This document shows, in pieces, positions 39,051 to 50,490 of a DNA stretch of 64,000 nt. Position numbers and translations under genes: made by a program. The notes below the pieces were generated by a model that saw nothing but the letters and a program-made list of their open reading frames with translations, searched no databases and was not told where the DNA came from. Each line of letters begins with the position of its first letter. Position 1 is the stretch's first letter. This DNA is from Squalus acanthias (lineage: Eukaryota), in contig JASTWF010000034.1 in NCBI GenBank assembly GCA_030390025.1, positions 4,712,001-4,776,000 on the forward strand, in the 5' to 3' direction.

Positions 39051-42000
39051 TTAGGAGGCCGGGATGCTCCCTCCATTTCGTAGCCGCCGGACGAGGGAGA
39101 GCCGCACCCGTTTGGGTTCTCGTAGCGGTAGAGGGCCCCTAGCCCGTTTACCCGCCGCGGGCCGTGGACCAGAGTCCGAGTGATCCAGCCCGCTCTGTGA
39201 GGGGTCAGGACGATCCTGACTGTGTACTGGTGCCCGAACGGGTGTCGGGCAGGGCTGTGGCAGATCCGTTTCCGAGCGTACGGTACGGGGTGGATCGTGG
39301 CTGCGCGTGCGAGCCCCGACGGGCTCATAGTCAGTCTGCCCCAGGTCGGCACGCTGGAGTGAGGTACCAGCCGGCGTCAGATCCAGATTGTGATGAGAGG
39401 CACCTGGCGAGCCCAGAGATGTGCCTGGTACAATATCATCCCCTGGTGTCCCTCTATGTTTCGGCGGGCAGGGAGCCAGATCCCGCAATGACACGGTAGA
39501 TTCCCGACCGTCAGGATACCGAATATAGGCGTAGGTAGGGTTGACGTCAGTGAGCTCAACCTCATCTACCAGGGGGTCATTCTTAGACGCCCGGACATAT
39601 CTTCGGAGTAGCACTGGTCCCGGTGCAGTCAGCCACGACGGGAGAGATATCCCATAGGATGAGCGACGCTGAAATCGGAAGAACCGTTCATGAGGCGTCG
39701 TATTTGTGGCGGTCGAAAGGAGGGACCGTGTGGAGTGTAATGCGTCTGGAAGTACTGCTTCCCATTGCTGGTTGGGTAGGCCCCGAGATCTCAAAGCCAG
39801 ACGTACCGCATTCCAGATGATAGCGTTAAAACGCTCGACTTGCCCATTCCCGACCGGATGATAAGGCGTCGTTCTGCTGGCAGCAATACCCCGTTCCGAG
39901 AGATAGGCCTTGAGTTCTCCTGACATAAAAGAAGGGCCCCGATCCGAATGAACAAAGGATGCCATGCCACAGAAAGCAAACACCTGCTCAAGGCAGCTGA
40001 TAACCGTGGTCGTCAGCATATTGGGGCAGGGAAAGGCAAACGGAAAACGGGAATACTCATCGACCATGGTCAATAGATAAGTGTTGCGAGTTGAAGAGGG
40101 CAATGGCCCCTTAAAATCGATGCTAAGCCGTTGCATTGGCTGGGTCGCATGTATGAGTATACCACCCGAGGGGCGGAAAAACTGAGGTTTCAATTCCGCA
40201 CAGACTCTGCAGTCCGAGCACATCTTCTTTACATCCCCGGTAGAGAATGGGAGATTTCGGGACCGCACGAAGTGTAGCATGCGAGTAACGCCCGGATGAC
40301 ACAACCCATCATGGATGTCTACGAGCGTAGAGGGTGCCATGGCGGAGCAGAATGCTCGTGTGAGGGTATCCGGAGCCACATTCTCCTTGCCAGGTCGATA
40401 GTGGATGGTGTAACCAAAAGAGGCCAATTCCAGCCGCCAAAGCTGGATTTTATTATTTTTAATTTTGGTCCGTTTACGATTATCGAGCATGAAGGCGAAC
40501 GATCGCTGGTCCGTGATTAAGGTAAAGTGCTGGCGAGCTAGGAGATGACTCCACTTCCGTACTGCCTCTATGATGGCTGTAGCTTCTTTCTCGACTGGAG
40601 GATAATGTAGCTCAGCCCCTTGAAAAGTCCTGGACAAAAATGCCACCGGACGACCTTCCTGATTCAGAGTGGCCGAGATCGCCACCTCCGAGGCATCACA
40701 CTCAACAACAAAAGGAAGACTCTCATCGATGGAGTGAAGAGCCGCTTTCTCCAACTGTTTTTTCAGGAGGTTAAAGGCTGCAACAGCCGCTGTGTCTAGT
40801 GGGAATGTGCTGGCCTTCAGTAGAGGTTGGATTCGGTCCGAGAAGTTAGGAATCCATTTAGCATAGTATGCAAACAGGCCGAGGGCCCGGCGCAAGGAGG
40901 CCGGATTCTTAGGTGGCGGGAGTTCTTGGAGTGGGCGAAGCCTTTCAGGGTCAGGTTTAATGATGCCATTGCCCACACAATAGCCAAGGATGTTGATGGT
41001 TGGTTGTGACTCAATGGATTTAGCCGCATTTAATGTCAAATTACGGTGCTGGAGTGCATCCCAAAATCGTTGGAGATTGGCGTCATGTTCCCGCTGATTC
41101 CGACCTGCGACAGTAATATTGTCCAGATAAGGAAACGTATCCTTCAAGTCTTCCTGTTTGACCAGGTCATCCATTGCTCGCTGGAAGACAGCCACTCCAT
41201 TAGTGACCCCAAAGGGGAGGCGACGAAATTGATACAGCCGTCCATTGGCTTCAAAGGCCGTATACTGCTTGTCAGAGACCTTCAAGGGTACCTGATGATA
41301 GGCACTTTTCAGATCATATGTTGAGAACACCATGTACTCAGCCAGTTTATTAACCATATCATCGATGCGCGGCAATGGGTATGCGTCCAAGTCCGTATAT
41401 TGATTGATGGTCTGTGAATAGTCAATGCACAGCCGTTTCTTGTGAGGTTGTAGAGGGTTCTTAACAATAACGACCTGGGCACGCCATGGCGACGAACAAG
41501 ACTCGATGATATCCTCTGCTAAAAGCCGAGAAATCTCAGCCGCAATAAAAGACCGGTCTTCCTGACTGAAACGTCGTGACTTTGTTATAATCGGTTTGCA
41601 TCGAGGAGGGATACTGGTAAACAGTGAAGGTTCATCCAGTGAAGCTGCTGACAATGCACAGAACGGTAATCGAGGTCGTATATTAGAAATAGTGAGTTCA
41701 GGTTTGGATCCGCCGAACTCAATGGTGAGCTTCTTATGCTGCTTTTGAAAATCCAGCCCTAAGATAAGATCACTACATAAGTCCTTGAGCACCGAAAGCC
41801 AGGTGGAGGGATACCTGTGACCATTAAGTGTTATTTCAACCATACAAAAGCCAGAAATTCTGGTATTAAGTGATGACTGAGCCATCGCAATTGCCTGGTC
41901 CGATGGGAAAACATGTAGCTTTAACTCTGCAACAATCTGTTCCCTAATGAAACTATCAGTGCTACCTGAGTCAATTAAGGCATCTAAAGTATGTCCATTA

Positions 42001-43007
42001 ATTGATGCTTTTGTAGCTGCATGGAATAGGTTCTGAGGACAAGCAGCTGTAATTGGTGTCGTTGCACAAAGAGTGGCTGAAACTCTAGGTGTGTTTCTTC
42101 GAGAGAAAACCCGAGAGGAAGCACGATAGATTTTAGCCGGAACATCTTGATAGGTCCTTACCGGGGCAGTTCGGTAGGACTTAGCTTGATAAGCCCTCGT
42201 AGAGGCTCTTGATAGGCAAACCTTTGCAAAATGACCCTTTTTGTTGCAATGACTGCAAAACGCATTGCGAGCAGGGCAGAATTTCCGAGGGTGAAACTCA
42301 TCACCACAAAAGAAGCATTTCTTAGATTGCCAAGAGGCTGCCACAGTGGGGTCATCATCCTCTTCATCAGTGAAGTCATCAGATTGATCGTCAGGGATAA
42401 AGTCCTCCCTAATAGAGTTCACCTGTGGCCTCTTAAATTGCCTGACTGTAGTTAAGGCAGCAGACCGAGGTCTGGGCACTGTATAAAGGTCTGCATTTCT
42501 TTTTGCCAGATCTAGAGAGCAAGCCATGTCATAAGCTCTCTGAAGCTCAAGTGTCTTACTTTCCAGTAGACGCTGGCGTATAAATGGGGAGGCAAGCCCG
42601 CAGATGAAAGCATCACGGATCATTTCTTCACGGTACAGCTCAGCTGAGGCCGCCTGAAAGTTACAGTCCATACTAAGTCTGCGAAGCTCTTGGAGGAATT
42701 TATCAATGGATTCCTCCGGCCCTTGTTGGGCTGTAGCTAGTAGATGTCTGGCATAGACCTCATTCGGTGTCTTAGTATATAGCCTTTTAAGCGTCCGAAT
42801 TGCCTTCTCGTAACTGCCCCATTCCTCCACATACTGAAATACATTCGGGGTGACACAGTTGATGAGTATCCGCAACTTTGAGTCATCATCAGCCTTGCAA
42901 TATTCGAGAAAATTGTCAAACGTGCGATACCAGTGTTTCCACACCTTACCGGCTGCTGGGGTGTTTGGGTCCAAGTCAAGACGCGATGGTTTAAGGATGT
43001 TTTCCAT
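39051..43007 (-). CDS. gag-pol: intact single-ORF Gag-Pol polyprotein (Gag zinc knuckles, protease, RT, RNase H, integrase), 1318 aa
   Basis: CFFCG..HPRKFC / CSHCNKKGHFAKVC; LIDSGS; RLCIDY, DLKSAYHQ, LPFG, YLDN; CDAS, EKEA, TDQ; H-H-C-C, IDFKG, SDRG, NGQVERFN. Domain order PR-RT-RH-IN. Confidence 0.96.
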   Translation of the reverse strand: MENILKPSRLDLDPNTPAAGKVWKHWYRTFDNFLEYCKADDDSKLRILINCVTPNVFQYVEEWGSYEKAIRTLKRLYTKTPNEVYARHLLATAQQGPEESIDKFLQELRRLSMDCNFQAASAELYREEMIRDAFICGLASPFIRQRLLESKTLELQRAYDMACSLDLAKRNADLYTVPRPRSAALTTVRQFKRPQVNSIREDFIPDDQSDDFTDEEDDDPTVAASWQSKKCFFCGDEFHPRKFCPARNAFCSHCNKKGHFAKVCLSRASTRAYQAKSYRTAPVRTYQDVPAKIYRASSRVFSRRNTPRVSATLCATTPITAACPQNLFHAATKASINGHTLDALIDSGSTDSFIREQIVAELKLHVFPSDQAIAMAQSSLNTRISGFCMVEITLNGHRYPSTWLSVLKDLCSDLILGLDFQKQHKKLTIEFGGSKPELTISNIRPRLPFCALSAASLDEPSLFTSIPPRCKPIITKSRRFSQEDRSFIAAEISRLLAEDIIESCSSPWRAQVVIVKNPLQPHKKRLCIDYSQTINQYTDLDAYPLPRIDDMVNKLAEYMVFSTYDLKSAYHQVPLKVSDKQYTAFEANGRLYQFRRLPFGVTNGVAVFQRAMDDLVKQEDLKDTFPYLDNITVAGRNQREHDANLQRFWDALQHRNLTLNAAKSIESQPTINILGYCVGNGIIKPDPERLRPLQELPPPKNPASLRRALGLFAYYAKWIPNFSDRIQPLLKASTFPLDTAAVAAFNLLKKQLEKAALHSIDESLPFVVECDASEVAISATLNQEGRPVAFLSRTFQGAELHYPPVEKEATAIIEAVRKWSHLLARQHFTLITDQRSFAFMLDNRKRTKIKNNKIQLWRLELASFGYTIHYRPGKENVAPDTLTRAFCSAMAPSTLVDIHDGLCHPGVTRMLHFVRSRNLPFSTGDVKKMCSDCRVCAELKPQFFRPSGGILIHATQPMQRLSIDFKGPLPSSTRNTYLLTMVDEYSRFPFAFPCPNMLTTTVISCLEQVFAFCGMASFVHSDRGPSFMSGELKAYLSERGIAASRTTPYHPVGNGQVERFNAIIWNAVRLALRSRGLPNQQWEAVLPDALHSTRSLLSTATNTTPHERFFRFQRRSSYGISLPSWLTAPGPVLLRRYVRASKNDPLVDEVELTDVNPTYAYIRYPDGRESTVSLRDLAPCPPKHRGTPGDDIVPGTSLGSPGASHHNLDLTPAGTSLQRADLGQTDYEPVGARTRSHDPPRTVRSETDLPQPCPTPVRAPVHSQDRPDPSQSGLDHSDSGPRPAAGKRARGPLPLREPKRVRLSLVRRLRNGGSIPAS

Positions 43008-43085
43008 GATGGGTGATTCCCTGGATCCTTAGTTCCGAGTTCGTCTAAAAAGTTTGAGTGCGAAGTTTTTCAAAGTTGATTAAAT

Positions 43086-43279
43086 TGTCGTAAGAATGAG
43101 CCTTACGCGTGGTGAACTTAAAGTAAGCTTTAATCAACTAAAAAGGTGCTACATACAAAAGAGGTCTTACTCTATGCCTCTCCAGGATCCAACTGATCAG
43201 TCCAGTATTTATCCTGGACTAATCACAGGAAGTGATGCAATAAAGTTCGAGTCACAGGAAGCTGTATTGTGTTACCAAA
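43086..43279 (-). repeat. 5' LTR
   Basis: Direct repeat of 38839-39032; the terminal TG is mutated to TT. Confidence 0.95.
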
Positions 43280-45024
43280 CACAGATTGTTTTAGAAATAA
43301 TTAAGAACTTGAAAATAGATGGAGCAGCCGGGCCGGATGGTATCCACTCGACAGTCCTCAGGGAGATGGGGCATGTGCTTTGCTGGACCCGAGCCTGTAT
43401 TTTTAAAACCTTACTGCACTCTGGAATGGTTCCTGTAGACTGCAAGGAGGCTAATGTAGTCCACATCGTTACAAAAGGTGACAAGACAGACCCGGGTAAG
43501 TATAGGCCCATTAGTTTAACATCAGTAATAGGTAATATGCTTGAAGGAATCATTAAGGATGCAATATATGAATACTTGGATAGAGAGGGTCATATTAGGG
43601 ACACCCAACATGACTTCATAACAAGGCGGTCATGTCTTACAAATCTAATTGTATTTTTGAAGAAGTTACAAAGTTGGTGGATAAGGTACCGCATAAGAGG
43701 CTTCTCTATAAGATCAAATACTCTGGTATTAGTGGTAATATATTGAGCTGGATTCAGAACTGGATGGCAGGACGTAGGCAAAAAAGTAGTTATAGATGGA
43801 TTGGGAACTGTTTGGAGACCGTTCATCAGTGGTGTCCCACAGGGATCAGTGTTGGGAGTGTTGCGCTTTACTATTTTTATTAATGATCTGGATGTAGGTG
43901 TTGGGGGCACAATCTGAAAATTTGCAGATGATACCAAGAATTGTGCGAGTGTTAGAACTGTAGATGATGATCGTCCGCTTCAGCCAGATCTTAATCTGTT
44001 GGGTGATTGGTCTCAAGACTGGAAAATGATGTATAACTTAAATACGTGCAGTGTTATGCATGTGGGAAGGGCAAATGCTAAACATTCATACACCCTTCAG
44101 GGAAAGGCATTACAGATAGTGCATACATCCTTAAAGGTACATGAGCAAAGCTGTGCAGCGATAGCTAGAGCAAATAGGGTGTTGGGGCGTATCCATAGGA
44201 CAATCGAGTACAGGGCGAGGCATACTGTTTTTCCTTGTAAAGGACATTAGTCAGGCCACACTTGAAATATTGTGCCCAGTTTTGATCTCCTCACATGGTG
44301 GGTGATATTGAGGCTTTGGAAAGGGTACAGAGGAGGAGCCACTAGACTAATTCCCAGTGTAAAGTGTCTTAGTTATCAAGAAAGGCTAAAAGGGTTGGGA
44401 TGTTCTACCTTAGAGAAGCGTAGACTTAGCGGAGATCTGATTGAGGTTTATAAGTTAATGAAGGGAATAGATTTTGTACCAGCTGGCAGTTTATTTCAAT
44501 TAGGCAGGACCAGGGCTCACTAACTGAAGTTGTATGAGTCTACATCTAGATTAGATGTCAGGAGGTGGTTCGTTTCCCAGACAGGCTGCCTACTCATGTG
44601 GTGAATGCGGAACGCTGAATTCCTTGAAGCGAGAGCTGGACCTGCTTCTGGCTGGGGCGGAGATCACCTCTTACAGAAGGCAGGTACGGAGGGGAATTCA
44701 GGGCCAGAGTGATCTCCTGGATTAGTTTCCATTGCCTAGATGGGTTAGAGAGGAATTTCCCTGGTTTATTTTCCCCAAATTGGCCTGCGTTTTTCGCCTC
44801 TCCCAGGATATCACATGGTTTCAGGTGGGGTGGAGCGTATATGTTGTGATACACAAGGGACCTCAATTGTGTGGGACAGGCTCGATGGACCAAATGGTCT
44901 TTAATTGTCCGTCAATGTTTATATGTGTGTCCTATCCCGTGCTTTACCTGCCCTGGGAGTGTTTGATGGGACTGTGTAGAGGGAGATTTACCCTTTATCT
45001 AACCCATGTTGTACCGCCCCTAAC

Positions 45025-45282
45025 AGAGGCAGGAAGACGGAGAGAGAGACAGAGAGAGGGAGAGAAGCAGAGAGAGAGACTGACGGACAGAGTGAGGGTG
45101 GCAGGGAGAGAGGAGGACAGAGAGAGAGAGGGAGAGACAGACAATGACACAGAGAAAGAGGAAGAGAAGGAGAGAGAGTTGGACAGAGTGAGTGTGACAG
45201 AAACGAGTATCTGGAGAGAGAGGGAGAGAGAGAGAGAAATAGAAAGACAGCGGGAGATTGAGGGGCAGAATGAGAGAGTGAC
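45025..45282. repeat. GA-rich low-complexity tract
   Basis: (GA)n/(GACA)n mosaic. Confidence 0.85.
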
Positions 45283-45344
45283 AAAGATTGTTTGATGGGA
45301 CAGAGTAGAGGGTGCATTACTCTGTATCTAACCCATGCTGTATA

Positions 45345-46045
45345 CCCTGTCAATCCCACTCAGAATCTTATATATTTCAATGACATCACCTCTCATTCTT
45401 CTAAACTCCAGAGAGTATAGGCCCAGTCTACTCAATCTCCTCATAGGACAACCCTTTCATCACAGGAATCAATCTAGTAAACCTTCGTTGCACAGCCTCT
45501 GAGGCAAGAACCTCATTCCTCAGATTAGGAGACCAAAACTGTGCACAGCAGGTGTGGTCTCACCAAATCCCTGTACAATTAAAGTAAGATTTCCTTACTC
45601 TTACACTCCAACCCACTTGCAATAAAGGCCAACATGCCATTGCCTTCCTAATTGCTTTCAGTACCTGCATGCTAAATTTCTGTGTTTCCTGTGAGAGGAC
45701 AACTAAATCTCTCTGAACACCAACATTTAATAGTTTCTCACCATTTAAAAATACTTTTTTTTCTATTCTTCCTACCAAAATGAATAACGTTACTTTTCTC
45801 CACATTATACTCCATCTGCCACCTTATTACCCACTCAATTAACCTGTCAATATCTCTTTGTGTGCTCCACACAGCTTACTGTCCCACCTAGCTTTGTATC
45901 GTCAGCAAACTTGGTTACATTGCACTCGGTCCCTTCATCTAAGTCGTCAATATAGATTGTAAATAGCTGAGGCCCAAACACGGATTCTTGCGGCACCCCA
46001 CTACTTATAGTCTGCCGACTGGAAAATGACCTGGTTATCCCTACT
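45345..46045 (-). mobile_element. CR1-type LINE RT/3' fragment
   Basis: Minus-strand [22 protein letters not shown]...FADDTKLGG, QRDLVVL. Confidence 0.9.
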
Positions 46046-46844
46046 CTCTCTGTCTCTCTGTCTCCCTGCCTCTGCCGGGGCAGGTACAGCACGGCTTAGA
46101 TACAGAGTAAATATCCCTCTGTTTTCTGTCCGTTAACCTATGCTCTATCCAAGCTAATATATTATCCCCAAACCCCATGAGTCCTTATCTGCAAGAAATG
46201 GTTTGCAAGAACCATGCAGGAGCACGACACGTCCAGCTCGTCCGTTAGCCCTGAGGCCAATGTAACCGAATCAGTGGTGTGGGTCAGTGGGCCCAGCGGC
46301 TTCCAGTTGCACTGCAGTTGGGTAATGGGCGAAATGTTGCCCCCATCAGTTAAAGGTTCTTCCCTAAACTGATCCTATTGTCAGCGAGGTAGACTTTATG
46401 TGTCGCAGTGCTTCGTGAAAGAGGAAATCTGGAACTCGCTTCCCCCAAAAAGGCTATGGATGCTTTCAAGGCGGAAATCGATGGATTTTTGTTGGGTAAG
46501 GGTGTCGAGGTGCTATCAGGAATTTGTTGCGGAGATCAGAATTCTGCCAGCTGTTCCTGTCTGCGTTAAGTTCTACATTTTGCGGATCTGTTCATATGTT
46601 TTTTGTTATATTTATTTACCTGCTTGTTGGCCGTTTTATTTTTAATCTGTTTTTATTCCCAGAATTCAGCTCCGACTCTGGCAGCCCATCTTTAAGCTGC
46701 GAGGTCACAACATGGCATTGCAGTTCTGAATGGGGAAAAAAATTGACAAAGGATGAAGGAGTCACCCCTTGAAACACACATAACGCCAAACAAACTGCAA
46801 TACAACACTCCAGCTTGATTATGGTGGTGTGGCATTCTGTGACA

Positions 46845-46965
46845 AATAGGGACTTTATAAAACACTGATTAGGCCCCAGCTGGAGTACTGTGTTCAGTTC
46901 TGGGCACCACACTTCAAGGAATGATGTCAAGGCCTTGGAGAGGGTGCAGAAGCGATTTACTAAAA
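46845..46965 (+). mobile_element. CR1 fragment
   Basis: LYKTLIRPQLEYCVQFWAPHF...LERVQKRFT. Confidence 0.8.
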
Positions 46966-46979
46966 TTACATATAATTAA

Positions 46980-47183
46980 ATAGAAATGCATAGCATACAC
47001 GGCACAGAAACAGGCCATTCGGCCCAACCAGTCCACGCTGGCATTTATGCTCCACTCAAGCCTCCTCCCATCGTTTCTCATCTAACTCTATCAGCATAAA
47101 CCTCGAATCCCTTCTCCCTCATCTGCTTATCTAGCTTCCCCTTGAATGCATCTCTTTTATTCGCCTCAACTACTCCCTGTGGT
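46980..47183 (-). mobile_element. CR1/HE1-type 3' tail
   Basis: ACAGAAACAGGCCATTCGGCCCAACCAGTCC...CTTATCTAGCTTCCCCTTGAATGCATC, the reverse complement of a typical CR1/V-SINE tail. Confidence 0.65.
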
Positions 47184-47554
47184 ATCTTCCTCCGCAGTGG
47201 ACAAACTGAGGCCTTCACACTGAGGCTGCACCCAATGGGCCCACGTGAGTTTGTATCTGTTTATTACCCCGGGGTTTCATTTCCTGTCGCGGAACCTGAG
47301 TTTCTGGTGCCTCGTGTTAACTTGTTCCTGTTGGCTGCGGCCCTTGAGTTTTAAAGAAGTTTAAAGCCTAGTGTTAATGTAACCCTGGCCTTGCAATGTG
47401 ACAGAATCACGTTAACCCGCGGAGCGAGACAGAGAGAGCCCCCACCCCGAGTGGAAATTAAAGTTAGCAACGTGAACCTGTGGAAAGCTTGTTATAATTC
47501 CATGTAATGCTTCTGTTTCCGGGCAATGTGATGAATTTGATGGTTAAGTTATAT

Positions 47555-47760
47555 GCACGGTGGCCATTTTAAGTGATATCTATCCGTGGCGAGCTTTTTA
47601 AATGATATCTATCTGTGGTGGCCATTTTAAATGATATCTATCCGTGGCGGGCATTTTAAGTGATATCTATCCGTGGCGTGCATTTTAAGTGACAGCTATT
47701 CGTGGCAGTGATTTCATTCGACATCCGTAGTGGCAATTTTAAGTAATATGCGCGGTGGCC
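47555..47760. repeat. ~29-bp GCCATTTT-containing tandem repeat, copy 1
   Basis: Unit GGCCATTTTAAGTGATATCTATCCGTGGC. Confidence 0.8.
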
Positions 47761-47764
47761 AGAA

Positions 47765-48620
47765 AACAGAGGGGCACTTGTTACAGAGTCCGACTCCACA
47801 CTGGGAGAGACACAGTGTACACAGGGACACTTCTTACAGGGTCTGACTCCACACTGGGAGAGACACAGTGTACACAGGGACACTTCTTACAGGGTCTGAC
47901 TCCACACTGGGAGCGACACACTGTACACAGGGACACTTCTTACAGAGTCTGACTCCACAATGGGAGAGACACACTGTACACAGGGCACTTCTTACAGAGT
48001 CTGACTCCACAATGGGAGACACACACACTGTACACAGGGCACTTCTTACAGAGTCTGACTCCACAATGGGAGAGACACACTGTACACAGGGACACTTCTT
48101 ACAGAGTCTGACTCCACAATGGGAGACACACACACTGTACACAGGGCACTTCTTACAGAGTCTGACTCCACAATGGGAGAGACACACTGTACACAGGAAC
48201 ACTTGTTACAGAGTCTGACTCCACAATGGGAGAGACACACTGTACACAGGGCACTTCTTACAGACTCTGACTCCACAATGGGAGACACACTTACTGTACA
48301 CAGGGACACTTCTTACAGAGTCTGACTCCACAATGGGAGACACACACACTGTACACAGGGACACTTCTTACAGAGTCTGACTCCACAATGGGAGACACAC
48401 ACACTGTACACAGGGACACTTCTTACAGAGTCTGACTCCACACTGGAAGCGACACACTGTACACAGGGACACTTGTTACAGAGTCCGACTCCACACTGGG
48501 AGAGATACACTGTACACAGGGACACTTCTTACAGAGCCCGACTCCACACCAGCAGAGACTCACACTTAATACAGGGACACTTGTTACAGCGTCCGACTCC
48601 ACACTGGGAGAGACACTGGG
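47765..48620. repeat. 53-55-bp minisatellite, array 1
   Basis: Unit GTACACAGGGACACTTCTTACAGAGTCTGACTCCACACTGGGAGAGACACACT. Confidence 0.95.
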
Positions 48621-48814
48621 AGAGCCTAGGTTTAAAGTAGCCCTGGCCTTCCAATGTGACACAAACACGTTAACCTGTGGTGCGGGAGAGAGATGCTCCC
48701 CACCGCGAGTGGAAATTAAAGTTATCAACGTGAACCTGTGTAAAGGCTTGTTTTAATTCTAGAATAATGCTTCTGTTTCCGTGAAGAGCGATGAATTTGA
48801 CGATTCAATGATAT

Positions 48815-49095
48815 GCACGGTGGTTTTTTAAGTGATATCTACTAGTGGCGGCCATTTAAAGAGGTATCTGTCTACGGCAGCCATTTTAAGCGTTATCCAT
48901 CTCCGTGGCCATTTTAAGTGATAGCTATCTGTGGCGGCCATTTTAAGTGACATCTACTCGTGGCAGCGATTTTATGTGATATCCGTGGCGGCTATTTTAT
49001 GTAAGAAGTACGCCGGCCATTTTAAGTGATATGAGCGGCGGCCATTTTAAGTGACACGGGCTCGGGCCATTTTAATGAATATGTGCGGCGGGCAT
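48815..49095. repeat. ~29-bp GCCATTTT-containing tandem repeat, copy 2
   Basis: Repeated GGCGGCCATTTTAAGTGA. Confidence 0.8.
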
Positions 49096-49119
49096 GTTCA
49101 TTATTATGCGCGACAGCCA

Positions 49120-50490
49120 GTTTACACAGGGACACTTGCTCCAGATTCCGACTCCACACTGTACACAGGGACACTTGTTACAGAGTCCGACTCCACACTG
49201 GCAGAGACACATACTGTACACAGTGACACTTGTCACAGAGTCCGACTACACACTGGGAGAGACACAAAGTGTACACAGTGACACTTGTTACAGAGTCCGA
49301 CTCCACACAGGCAGAGACACATACTGTACACAGTGACACTTGTCACAGACTCCGACTACACACTGGGAGAGACACAAAGTGTACACAGTGACACTTGTCA
49401 CAGAGTCCGACTACACACTGGGAGAGACACATACTGTACACAGTGACACTTGTCACAGACTCCGACTACACACTGGGAGAGACACAAAGTGGACACAGTG
49501 ACACTTGTCACAGAGTCCGACTACACACTGGGAGAGACACAAAGTGTACACAGTGACACTTGTCACAGAGTCCGACTACACACTGGGAGAGACACAAAGT
49601 GTACACAGTGACACTTGTTACAGAGTCCGACTCCACACAGGCAGAGACACATACTGTACACAGTGACACTTGTCACATACTCCGACTACACACTGGGAGA
49701 GACACAAAGTGTACACAGTGACACTTGTTACAGAGTCCGACTACACACTGGGAGAGACACATACTGTACACAGTGACACTTGTCACAGAGTCCGACTACA
49801 CACTGGGAGAGACACAAAGTGTACACAGTGACACTTGTCACAGAGTCCGACTACACACTGGGAGAGACACAAAGTGTACACAGTGACACTTGTTACAGAG
49901 TCCGACTCCACACAGGCAGAGACACATACTGTACACAGTGACACTTGTTACAGAGTCCGACTACACACTGGGAGAGACACACATTTTATACAGTGACACT
50001 TGTTACAGAGTCCGACTCCACACCATCAGAGACTCACACTGTACACAGGGACACTTGTTACAGAGCCCGACTCCACACTGGGAGAGACACACTGTACACA
50101 GGGACACTTGTTACAGAGTCAGACTCCACATTGGGAGAGGCACACACTGTACACAGGGACACTTCTTACAGAGTCCGACTCCACATTGGGAGAGGCACAC
50201 ACTGTACACAGGGACACTTCTTACAGAGTCCGACTCCCCACTTGGAGAGACACAGACTGTACACAGGGACACTTCTTACAGAGTCCGACTCCCCACTTGG
50301 AGAGACACAGACTGTACACAGGGACACTTCTTACAGAGTCCGACTCCACACTGGGAGAGACACAGACTGTACACAGGGACTCTTGTTACAGAGTCCGACT
50401 CCCCACTTGGAGAGACACAGACTGTACACAGGGACACTTCTTACAGAGTCCGACTCCCCACTTGGAGAGGCACAGACTGTACACAGAGAA
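49120..50490. repeat. 53-55-bp minisatellite, array 2
   Basis: Same family as 47765-48620. Confidence 0.95.

Larger units (their letters stand above)
38839..43279 (-). mobile_element. complete Ty3/Gypsy LTR retrotransposon, 4441 bp
   Basis: 194-bp LTRs (38839-39032, 43086-43279) with 5 differences. 5-bp TSD CACAG (38834-38838, 43280-43284). Polypurine tract GGGGGGGGAGAA abuts the 3' LTR. Confidence 0.97.
38330..44915 (+). mobile_element. old CR1-type LINE ORF2 interrupted by the LTR element
   Basis: LDLIF, NSDH before 38838; [48 protein letters not shown] after 43285. Confidence 0.85.

Noticed and set aside
46650..46772. Possible exon after the TTTTATTCCCAG acceptor
   Set aside because: No recognisable protein similarity, convincing donor or partner exons.
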